Part shown: positions 30,507 to 38,509 of the stretch, piece by piece | How positions within the stretch are numbered: the first letter of the stretch is position 1 | Layout of the letters: every line of letters begins with the position of its first letter | From: an uncultured Acidobacteriota bacterium | Lineage (GTDB): Bacteria > Acidobacteriota > JAQAZP01 | Direction: 5' to 3' | DNA: 64,000 bases | NCBI GenBank assembly: GCA_963836075.1 | Contig: CAWIIB010000009.1 | Coordinates: 832,001 to 896,000 of the forward strand | Position numbers and translations under genes: made by a program | Notes under the pieces: generated by a model | The model's input: only the letters and a program-made list of their open reading frames with translations | Told to the model about the DNA's origin: nothing | Databases searched by the model: none

Positions 30507-31547
30507 TCATTTAATTCCGAGGCGTTTCTGGAGGCGGGCCTGGTATTCGGCGAGGAGGGCGATTGAGCCGGGTGGCGAAAAGTCGTCCAGGGCCGCGGGG
30601 TCCTCCTCCAGCAGGCGTTTGACGGAGTCGAGCATCTTCAGCTGCCGCGGGCTGAGCCAGCGGCTCGGGTTTTCTTCCAGCCGGATGTCGGCGTTGATCT
30701 TTGCCGCCTGCATGGGGGTCAGGGGCAGGCGGGCCATGGGCGTCCGCTTGAGTGCGTATTTCACCTGATCGTCATCCACCATCCGGGCCCGCTCCGGGGC
30801 CGGTTTGGCACGGTCGCCAACCACTTTGCGGGCCTGGTCCAGGTCATCGGCAGTATGGGCGTAAACCGCACTGGCACAGTCCATCTTCTGTGCCGAACGT
30901 ACCAGCGCGTCCAGGCCGAGCACCTGGGGATCGTAGACCACCTCCACCACCTCGTCCTGGTCCATCATCCCCGAGCGGGTGGCCAGCACGCCGTCGAGGT
31001 TTCCCAGCTTTGCCTCGCCCTCCCAGAAGCAGAACATGGCCAGCGAGATCATCCGCCGCCCTTCAGCCCCGTTCTCTTCCGCGACGAGACGCAGCCACCG
31101 CGGCACCCGGCCATTCCCGGCCTCCACGGCCCGGACCATCATCAGCGCCAGCTGGCCCGGGGTTTCCACCGCGTCCGCCGGTGGCACCAGGTCGCGCTCC
31201 CGAGCATCGAAGATCCGGCAGTCCTCGCCGTCCCTTGCCGAACCCGCCGGAAGGAGCAGGGGGATGAACAGATCCTCGGCGGCCTCGGCCATCAACGGCT
31301 GGGCGGTGAGGCCTCCGGCACCCCCGTCACGATAGAGGGCGAGCACCGGGCGGCCGTTCTCTGCCGCGAGGGCAAGCGCCTCTTGCAGATCGTTGCCCCA
31401 GCGGGCGAGGTCCGGGCCGGTTGCCTGGTGGTCAAGATCCAGGGGATAGGTGTCGGGAAGGTTGGCCGTATCGGTGCTCGAGCAGGCGGCCGTCCCAAGG
31501 GCCAGACAGATCATCATGAGCCGGAAAAACGTCTTTCGCTTGTTCAT
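30507..31547 (-). CDS. Lipoprotein with degenerate thioredoxin-like domain and MsrA-like domain (related to the VPGUxxT (seleno)protein family)
   Basis: Lipobox GTAAC; RWGNDLQEALALAAENGRPVL thioredoxin-like start; MFCFWEGE..LG.LDGV..TRSG...EVVEV.YDP MsrA-like motif. Confidence 0.65.
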   Translation of the reverse strand: MNKRKTFFRLMMICLALGTAACSSTDTANLPDTYPLDLDHQATGPDLARWGNDLQEALALAAENGRPVLALYRDGGAGGLTAQPLMAEAAEDLFIPLLLPAGSARDGEDCRIFDARERDLVPPADAVETPGQLALMMVRAVEAGNGRVPRWLRLVAEENGAEGRRMISLAMFCFWEGEAKLGNLDGVLATRSGMMDQDEVVEVVYDPQVLGLDALVRSAQKMDCASAVYAHTADDLDQARKVVGDRAKPAPERARMVDDDQVKYALKRTPMARLPLTPMQAAKINADIRLEENPSRWLSPRQLKMLDSVKRLLEEDPAALDDFSPPGSIALLAEYQARLQKRLGIK

Positions 31548-31701
31548 CGGTGGCGCCTCCGGGGCCGGCAAGGGGTCCCGTTGTTGTCTGGAGTTGGCAT
31601 CTACGGATATTCTGCCATAATCTGGAGTTGAATCGATGTCTAATTTTGAATAATAACCGAATCTTCCCCGTATCCCTTCAAGCAATATGGAGACGCCACG
31701 A

Positions 31702-32838
31702 ATGTATCGCACACTGCTGGTCATCCTGCTCCTCGCCGCACTTTCAGCCTGTAAAACGCCACCCCCCGTCCCGAACCCGTCCGAGCCGCCGGCGCCGGCT
31801 GCCGTGACCGTGGCGCCGGAGGCATCCGAAGTGTCCCCGGTGACCATGGAGCCGGTATATGACCTGGTGGCCGAGGAGGTGACCTTCGACGCAGCGGGCA
31901 CCACGGTTCACGGCACCCTGACCAGGCCCGCCGGTGCCGGCCCGTTTCCCGCCCTGCTGCTCATCGCCGGCAGCGGGCCCACCGACCGGGACTGGAACAG
32001 CCGCCTGCTGCCGGGGGACAACGGCAGCGGGCGATTGCTGGCCGAAGCCCTGGGGCGCCGCGGAGTGGTGGTCCTGCGCTACGACAAGCGGGGCACCGGC
32101 GACACCGAATTCAGCGGCGAGCTGAGCTGGGATGACTACCTGGCCGAGCAGCGGGCCGGCCTGGCTCTGCTGGCCTCCCGCGACTTCGTGGACCGGAGCA
32201 ACATCTATCCTGCCGGGCACAGCGAGGGCGGCATCCATGCCGTCCGGCTGGCCGGGGAGCCGGGTACGCCGCTGGCCGGGCTGATCCTGCTGGCCACGCC
32301 GGGCCGGACGATGATGGAGACGGTGATCGATCAGATCCGCGCCCAGATCCGTCTGGGAAACGCCACCCCGGAAAAGGAAGAGCAGCTGATCGACGGGCTG
32401 CGCACGGTGCTCGAGCATTGCGCGGCGGGTGAGGAGATGGATCTCTCCCTGCTGGGCGGCGACCTGGGCCTCCTCTCGGTGGCCATGGCCTTCCAGCAGA
32501 AGGCGGCCCAGGCCTTTATCAGGGAAATACTGGTCTTCGACCCGGCGGCGGCGCTGGCCGGAAGCGGCCTGCCTTCGCTGATCATCAACGGTGACCGGGA
32601 TATGCAGGTGAAGCCGGACCCCGACGCCGACCTGCTGTTGGAGGCGGCTCTCCTGGCAGGGCTGCCGGTGGTCCGGAGGGACATTCCAGAGGCGGACCAC
32701 GTGTTCAAGATTGAGCAGACCCCCCTCGAAGAGCTGGGCCCGCAACTGGCGGTCAACTACAACGCCGAGGACCGGGAACTCCACCCGCTGCTGGTGGAAA
32801 CCATCGCCAGCTGGCTGCAGCAACGGCCGCGGTCTTGA
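31702..32838 (+). CDS. Alpha/beta hydrolase lipoprotein
   Basis: Lipobox LSAC; IAGSGPTDRD, RYDKRG, GHSEGG nucleophile elbow, GDRDMQV, DHVFK. Confidence 0.88.
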   Translation: MYRTLLVILLLAALSACKTPPPVPNPSEPPAPAAVTVAPEASEVSPVTMEPVYDLVAEEVTFDAAGTTVHGTLTRPAGAGPFPALLLIAGSGPTDRDWNSRLLPGDNGSGRLLAEALGRRGVVVLRYDKRGTGDTEFSGELSWDDYLAEQRAGLALLASRDFVDRSNIYPAGHSEGGIHAVRLAGEPGTPLAGLILLATPGRTMMETVIDQIRAQIRLGNATPEKEEQLIDGLRTVLEHCAAGEEMDLSLLGGDLGLLSVAMAFQQKAAQAFIREILVFDPAAALAGSGLPSLIINGDRDMQVKPDPDADLLLEAALLAGLPVVRRDIPEADHVFKIEQTPLEELGPQLAVNYNAEDRELHPLLVETIASWLQQRPRS

Positions 32839-32941
32839 CCTCTCGCCGGCAAAGGACTATTTTCTCGTTCAACAATACTCGCAAGTCCAGTCCGGGCGTG
32901 ACCCCGTCCCGACGTCAGGATTTGGAAAGGAGAAGCGGCTG

Positions 32942-33796
32942 ATGCGCATCGCCATGGTCTGCCCACTGGACCGGGCCGTCTCGCCGACGGCGGAGGGGAA
33001 CCCGTATCACGCCATCGGCGAGCTGGCGGCGGCGTTGGTGACCGACGGTCATCAGGTGACCCTCTATGCCGCCGAGGGCTCCAGCGGAGGCAGTGAACTG
33101 GTGGTCTGTTCCGGACCGCAGGACAAGGACCTGGAGCTGGCGCCCAGGGTGAGGCAGGCCTTTCAACTGGCCAGTGTGCTGGGGGCCGTGGGAAAGTTCG
33201 ACCTGGTTCACAACCATATCGGCCTGGCGGCCGCGGCCCTGTTCTCCCGGTCCGACCTGCCGTTGCTCACAACCATCCACCGCCCCTGCTCCCCCGAGGA
33301 GGAACCAACCTGGCGCAGCCTGGGAGAAGACGCCTGCTTCACCGAAGGCTACCCCGGCGCCGCGCCGGCCGGCCTGCCGCTGATCGGCACGATTTCTTCG
33401 GGCCCTGAACTGGCCGAATCCTGTCTCGCCGTCTACCGCCAGGTCCTCGGCCGCCGGGAAAACTACCGGCCGTGGGGTCACTACGTCGTGCTGGAGGATC
33501 ATCCCGAGCACAAGGTCAAGCGCATCGTGGTCGATCCCGGCCAGCGGCTGAGCCTGCAACTGCACCACCGGCGCACCGAGCACTGGTTGATGATCGAGGG
33601 TGAAGGGCTGGTGACCCTCAATGACGACGAGTTCCTGGTCCGGGCCGGTGAGGCCGTCGACATCCCCCGGGAGGCCCGGCACCGGGTACGCAACCCCGGT
33701 GACATTCCCTGCGTATTTATAGAAGTGCAGACGGGCGACTACTTCGGTGAAGACGACATCGTCCGCTTCGAAGACGATTACGGACGGAGCTGCTGA
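32942..33796 (+). CDS. GT4 glycosyltransferase N-terminal domain fused to a type II phosphomannose isomerase cupin
   Basis: MRIAMV...L...GHQVTLYA...FDLVHNH...LTTIH, then RPWGHY...KVKRIVV.PGQRLSLQ.H..R.EHW...IEVQTGDYFGEDDIVRFEDDYGR. Confidence 0.85.
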   Translation: MRIAMVCPLDRAVSPTAEGNPYHAIGELAAALVTDGHQVTLYAAEGSSGGSELVVCSGPQDKDLELAPRVRQAFQLASVLGAVGKFDLVHNHIGLAAAALFSRSDLPLLTTIHRPCSPEEEPTWRSLGEDACFTEGYPGAAPAGLPLIGTISSGPELAESCLAVYRQVLGRRENYRPWGHYVVLEDHPEHKVKRIVVDPGQRLSLQLHHRRTEHWLMIEGEGLVTLNDDEFLVRAGEAVDIPREARHRVRNPGDIPCVFIEVQTGDYFGEDDIVRFEDDYGRSC

Positions 33797-33820
33797 GCAG
33801 ACCCGCCTGGAGAACGATCC

Positions 33821-34921
33821 ATGTCCGACACCTTTGACCCGCAAAAAGACCTGGTGGCGGTGATCATGGCCGGGGGCTCGGGCACCCGCTTCTGGCCGCT
33901 GAGCCTGCCGTCGAAGCCCAAGCAGTTCCTCACCCTCTTCGGTGACCGGACCATGCTCCAGCTCACCGTGGACCGGCTCTCCGGCATGGTGCCGCCGGAG
34001 CGCACCCTGGTGCTGACCAACGGCCGTCACGCCGGCCTGGTCCGCCAGCAGCTGCCGCAGATCCCGGCGGCCAACGTCATCGGCGAGCCGGTGGCCCGGG
34101 ACACCGCGGCGGCGGTGGCTCTGGCGGCCGTGCTCTGCGAGGCCCGCTTCGGCGACCCGGTGATGGCCGTGCTCACCGCCGACCATCTGATCCAGCCGGT
34201 GGAACTCTTCCAGAAAACCGTCCTCTCCGCCGCCCGGGCGGCTGCGGAGAGCGGTGCGCTCTACACCTTCGGCATCACCCCGGCATATCCGGCCACCGGA
34301 TACGGCTACCTCGAAGCCGGCGACCCGCTGAAAACCGATGACGACATCGAGCACTTCCGGCTGGCCAAGTTCCGCGAGAAACCCGACCTGCAGACCGCCC
34401 GGGACTTTGTCGCCTCCGGCCGCCACAGCTGGAACAGCGGGATGTTCACCTGGCGCACTTCGGCCATCGGCACCGCCATCCGCACCTTCCTGCCCGGCCA
34501 CGCCCGGCGGCTGGACCCGCTGAAGGCCTCGGACGGCAGCGCCGCCTGGGTCACCGACCTGCAGACCGCCTTCGAGCCGCTGGACAAGATCTCCATCGAT
34601 TTCGGGGTGATGGAGAAGGCCGATGACGTGCGCATGGTGCGGGCGGCCTTCCAGTGGAGCGACGTGGGCGGCTGGCTGGCCCTGGAGCAGTTCCACCAGC
34701 CGGACGGTGCGGGCAACCGCGGCGCCGGCCGCATCCGTGGTCTCGACGCGGAGACCAACGCCGTCTTCTGTGAGGACCCGGAAGAGATGGTGGCCCTGGT
34801 GGGGGTCAGCGACCTGGTGGTGGTCCGCTCCGGCAAACGCACCCTGGTAACCCACCGCTCGGCCACCGAGAAGGTGAAGAAGCTGGTGGAGCGGATGCAG
34901 GACGAGGGGGAGCTGGAGTAG
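33821..34921 (+). CDS. manC: Mannose-1-phosphate guanylyltransferase (monofunctional)
   Basis: VIMAGGSGTRFWPLS...PKQFL, EP..RDTA, F.EKPD, WNSGMF, SIDFGVMEK, WSDVGGW. Confidence 0.92.
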   Translation: MSDTFDPQKDLVAVIMAGGSGTRFWPLSLPSKPKQFLTLFGDRTMLQLTVDRLSGMVPPERTLVLTNGRHAGLVRQQLPQIPAANVIGEPVARDTAAAVALAAVLCEARFGDPVMAVLTADHLIQPVELFQKTVLSAARAAAESGALYTFGITPAYPATGYGYLEAGDPLKTDDDIEHFRLAKFREKPDLQTARDFVASGRHSWNSGMFTWRTSAIGTAIRTFLPGHARRLDPLKASDGSAAWVTDLQTAFEPLDKISIDFGVMEKADDVRMVRAAFQWSDVGGWLALEQFHQPDGAGNRGAGRIRGLDAETNAVFCEDPEEMVALVGVSDLVVVRSGKRTLVTHRSATEKVKKLVERMQDEGELE

Positions 34922-34924
34922 GGA

Positions 34925-35033
34925 ACCCGCCGCCGTTTTCGTTGAGGCAGGCGGAAAGCCCCGGGTTGCAGGCCGACGGCCAGCTGTGGACCAACGTGCC
35001 GTCAAGATCGACCAGCAGGGTGGTGGAGTCCAT
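34925..35033 (-). pseudogene. Truncated 5' fragment of a HAD-family phosphatase
   Basis: MDSTTLLVDLDGTLVHS carries HAD motif I; after about 35 codons the frame runs into the antisense of manC. Confidence 0.6.
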
Positions 35034-35075
35034 CGGCGCCACCAGGGTTTAGCCCTCGAACTGTCGTCATCCAGC

Positions 35076-35921
35076 TCACAGACTGAAGATCAGCACCGCC
35101 AGACCGGCCAGCAGGCAGTACGGCGCAAAGAGATACAGCTTGCCCCGATCCACAATCCTCATCAGGATCCCCAGGGAGAGAAACCCCACCGCAAAGGAAA
35201 CCACTGTGCCGATGACCATCATCCAGGGGTCGAAGTCGGCCATCCCGTCCAGCAACAGGTGAAGTGCCGCGGCACCGGCAATGGCGGGGATGGAGAGAAG
35301 AAAGGAATAGCTGCCGGCCGTCTTGCGGTTCAGCCCGAAGAGCAGCCCGGCGGCAATGGTGGAGCCGGAGCGGGAGATGCCGGGGATGATGGCCAGCCCC
35401 TGGACCACGCCGATGACCAGGGCGATTCCCAGGGTAAAGCCGCTCATCCCCTGCCCTTTCTCCTCCGCCCCCCGGGTCAGCCAGAGCAGCACTCCGGTGG
35501 CCACCAGTATCAGGCCGGTGACCATCAGCATTCCGCCCACCAGGGAGAGCGAGGAGAAGAGCTTGTCCGACCAGGTCTGGAGCAGGATGCCGATGATCGC
35601 GGTGGGAATCGACCCGACGATCAGAAGCATGGCCAGCCGGAAACCGGGATCCTCTTCAAAGAGCCTGGATAAGGACGCCTTCCGCTCGATCACTCTCCGG
35701 AATCCCGACACTGCCGCCGTGTTCACCTCGAGAATCTCCCGCCGGAAGAAAATGACCACCGCGGCCAGGGTTCCCAGGTGAACGCTGATATCAAAAGAGA
35801 TCCCCGGCTCCACCAGCCCGAACAGACGCTGGAAGATAACCAGGTGCCCCGAACTGCTGATGGGCAGAAACTCGGTGAGACCCTGGATCACGCCGAGGAT
35901 GAACGCCTGAATCGAAGTCAT
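35076..35921 (-). CDS. uppP: Undecaprenyl-diphosphate phosphatase
   Basis: GVIQGLTEFLPISSSGHL and PGISRSGSTI signature motifs. Confidence 0.95.
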   Translation of the reverse strand: MTSIQAFILGVIQGLTEFLPISSSGHLVIFQRLFGLVEPGISFDISVHLGTLAAVVIFFRREILEVNTAAVSGFRRVIERKASLSRLFEEDPGFRLAMLLIVGSIPTAIIGILLQTWSDKLFSSLSLVGGMLMVTGLILVATGVLLWLTRGAEEKGQGMSGFTLGIALVIGVVQGLAIIPGISRSGSTIAAGLLFGLNRKTAGSYSFLLSIPAIAGAAALHLLLDGMADFDPWMMVIGTVVSFAVGFLSLGILMRIVDRGKLYLFAPYCLLAGLAVLIFSL

Positions 35922-36118
35922 GTTTTCCTGCCCTCCCCAGCCTGCAGGTAAATAATCAGGCCACCATTGTAACCAATCGGCCCCGCAATCATCTAATAAG
36001 GTGAAGGGGAGGGGACAGCCGAGCGGCAGGACCCGGCCTCTAATGAACAGCGATATTTAATTGACCAATGTTCCCCAACGTGCGGCCGGGCAGTACAGAC
36101 CGCCGGCAGGGGAATGGC

Positions 36119-36166
36119 AGCCCCCGTTTCGGTCCCGGAGGAGAGATCGAAACAGGGGCTTTTTTT
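36119..36166 (+). terminator. Intrinsic terminator-like hairpin with no plus-strand CDS upstream
   Basis: AGCCCC-C-GTTTCGGTC...GATCGAAAC-A-GGGGCT followed by TTTTTT. Confidence 0.65.
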
Positions 36167-36277
36167 CGGTCTCACGAGATACCCCCACCGGGGCCTTGTG
36201 CCGGAAGATCGGAAAATATTATATACTGGACGCCAGTGGAGGGCTCCCTCCCCACCCGGACCTGAAGGAGATACAGG

Positions 36278-36937
36278 ATGAAAGGGGTGATCTGCAAGCG
36301 GCACGTGCTGGCCCACCCGGTGACCACCATTCAGAGCTTTGGCTGGACAGTCTTCTTCCGCACCCTCGCCGCCGGGCCGGACCGCACCTTCCTCTCCATC
36401 GTCGCCCCGACCCTGCACCGCACGCCGGTCCCCGCCAATGTAACCTCCTTCATCGAGCAGTGCGTCGCCCTGGAAGTCCGGGCCGGCGAGGTCTATCGCC
36501 GGCTGGGCCGGCAGTTCGAAGCGTCACCCCCGCTGGCCCGCTTCTTCGATTCCCTGGCCCGGCAGGAGCAGGGACACGCCGAGCTGCTGGAACTCTGCCG
36601 CGGGCTGGCCGGTGAGTCGGAGTGGCGGGAGGAGGAGGTCTCGCAGTGGCGCGACAAGGTGCCGGTGCTGGAGAAGCGGATGGCGGAGATCGAGAAGAAC
36701 CTGGTGAACATGGTGGACACCACCGATGTCCTGCACCTGGTGATCGAGATCGAGGGGTCAGAGATCAACCAGATGTTCCGCGGGGTGGTGGCGGCCACCA
36801 ACTGCGAGTTCGTCCAGACGTTCAAAGCCTTCCAGAACGCCGAAAGGGAACACCTCAACTACATCTGCAGGGAAATCCCCCTCCTGGAGGCCGAACTGGC
36901 CGACGCCTGCAGCGCACTGAACACCCAATATCACTGA
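36278..36937 (+). CDS. Ferritin/rubrerythrin-like four-helix protein
   Basis: RBS AAGGAG; CVALE...Y...LARQEQGHAELL and IEIE...AEREHL ExxH pairs. Confidence 0.7.
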   Translation: MKGVICKRHVLAHPVTTIQSFGWTVFFRTLAAGPDRTFLSIVAPTLHRTPVPANVTSFIEQCVALEVRAGEVYRRLGRQFEASPPLARFFDSLARQEQGHAELLELCRGLAGESEWREEEVSQWRDKVPVLEKRMAEIEKNLVNMVDTTDVLHLVIEIEGSEINQMFRGVVAATNCEFVQTFKAFQNAEREHLNYICREIPLLEAELADACSALNTQYH

Positions 36938-36969
36938 CAGGAAAATCGGGGACAGTCACCAGTTTCCTG
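36938..36969. repeat. REP-like hairpin between convergent genes
   Basis: CAGGAAA...GGGGACAGTCACC...TTTCCTG, same core as the elements at 9884 and 10713. Confidence 0.65.
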
Positions 36970-36970
36970 A

Positions 36971-38509
36971 TCAGCTGGCCCCGGGGCAATCCCCCCCGCC
37001 CTCGGGCAGCGGCGTCTCCGAGAGCCGGACTGCCGCCGGCACGCGGTAGGTCTCCAGGACCTCCGCCGTGGCCTGGTCCAGAGTGGCCGCATCGAGCACC
37101 ACCAGGTCGCGGCCGGAATCGGGCGCCAGGCGGATCAGGTGAAACCCGTTCTGCGGGTTGGCCAGGCCCTGCACCACGTCCCGGATGTCGCTCACCGGCC
37201 GGCCGTTGACCTCCTCCACCACTGCCTCCCGCAGATCCTGGTACCCGACGTTGTACTCTGTGGGCAGCACCGAGGTGATCAGCACGTACCGCCGGCGCTC
37301 CTTCGACTGGCCGTTGCGGTTCAGGTTGTAGCGGGTGGTCAGGGAGAGCGGCGCGTTCTCGTTCCAGTCCTTGCCCCAGGTGCCGAGATAGGGCAGTTCC
37401 AGCTCCCGGATCACCAGGCCTCCGACCACCATGTAGGACGGCGGACCGTTCCGGCGGGCGGGGATCAGGTCGAGGGCCGCCGGGTAGGTCCGCAAGGTCA
37501 CCGACAGCGTCAGTTCCTCGCCCCCCCGCAGCACCCGCGCATCCACCGTATCGCCGGGCCGGTATTGTTCCACCAGCAGGTGGCTGAACTTCAGTTGACC
37601 CAGCTGCGGGTGGCGGTAGTAGCCTTCCGCGTCGATGGCGTGGCCGCCCAGCTCCAGCAGGATATCCCGCGGCTCCAGCACGCCGCAGGCCGACGCGCCC
37701 CAGGGGACCTGGCGGATCAGCACTCCGCGCGGCTCACCCTGCTGGCCCAGAAAGCGGGCCATGGCCCGGTCCTCGTTGACCTGCCAGCTGATGCCCAGCG
37801 AAGGGAAGCCCACCAGCGGCCCCTCCGCCCGGGCCCGGAGGAGAAAGGCATTGATCACCTCCGCCGGGATGGCCCGGCTGCGCTGCTCCTTCTGGGAGAC
37901 CGTGAGACCCACCAGGGCCCCGTTGGCAAAGACCGGCTCGCCCCAGCCGCCGCTGCCGATATCGGTACGCATGTGCAGAAAGGCGTGGTTCAGCCGGCCG
38001 CCCCAGCTGCGCTCCACCCGGAACCCGCTGACCCGGGAGGCGGCCGCTTCCAGCTGCTGGCCGTTCCAGCGCACGGTGCGCAGAACCCCCGCGGTGGGTG
38101 TGCTTTCGGCCACGGGAACCGGCTGCAGGTCCTCCAGCACCTCCGGGTCATCGATCACCAGCAGCGCCAGGTTGACGTCCGGATCGACCCGCACCACCCG
38201 GGGCTCCACGGGCCGGGTCCGCCCGAAGGTCGCCAGCCGGATAAAGGCCGCCTGGTCCACCATCTGGGCCGTGGTCAGCAGGTGCGTGCCGTCCACCAGC
38301 ACCGCCGCGGCGTTGCGGTGTTGGGGGATCCGCTTGGCCCACGGCCGGTCCTCGTCCCACCCCTGGTAGGTCACCTCGAGGCCCACAACGTTCATCTCGT
38401 GCTGCTCGGCCGCGTCCGCGGCATCATCCCCGCTGTCTGCGGTCACCGGGATGGCCAGAGCCAGCAGGAGGACGATCCACACCATTGCCAGGTTTCCTGT
38501 TCTGCTCAT
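36971..38509 (-). CDS. Deg/HtrA-like protein with PDZ domains, catalytically degenerate
   Basis: Paralog of its neighbour; TTAQMV replaces TNAHVV and GGWGEP replaces GNSGGP; signal peptide present. Confidence 0.75.
   Translation of the reverse strand: MSRTGNLAMVWIVLLLALAIPVTADSGDDAADAAEQHEMNVVGLEVTYQGWDEDRPWAKRIPQHRNAAAVLVDGTHLLTTAQMVDQAAFIRLATFGRTRPVEPRVVRVDPDVNLALLVIDDPEVLEDLQPVPVAESTPTAGVLRTVRWNGQQLEAAASRVSGFRVERSWGGRLNHAFLHMRTDIGSGGWGEPVFANGALVGLTVSQKEQRSRAIPAEVINAFLLRARAEGPLVGFPSLGISWQVNEDRAMARFLGQQGEPRGVLIRQVPWGASACGVLEPRDILLELGGHAIDAEGYYRHPQLGQLKFSHLLVEQYRPGDTVDARVLRGGEELTLSVTLRTYPAALDLIPARRNGPPSYMVVGGLVIRELELPYLGTWGKDWNENAPLSLTTRYNLNRNGQSKERRRYVLITSVLPTEYNVGYQDLREAVVEEVNGRPVSDIRDVVQGLANPQNGFHLIRLAPDSGRDLVVLDAATLDQATAEVLETYRVPAAVRLSETPLPEGGGDCPGAS

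Noticed and set aside
30507-31904. 465-aa ORF extent given by the ORF track
   Set aside because: The upstream part overlaps the divergent hydrolase gene; ATG 31547 with a lipoprotein signal is the credible start.
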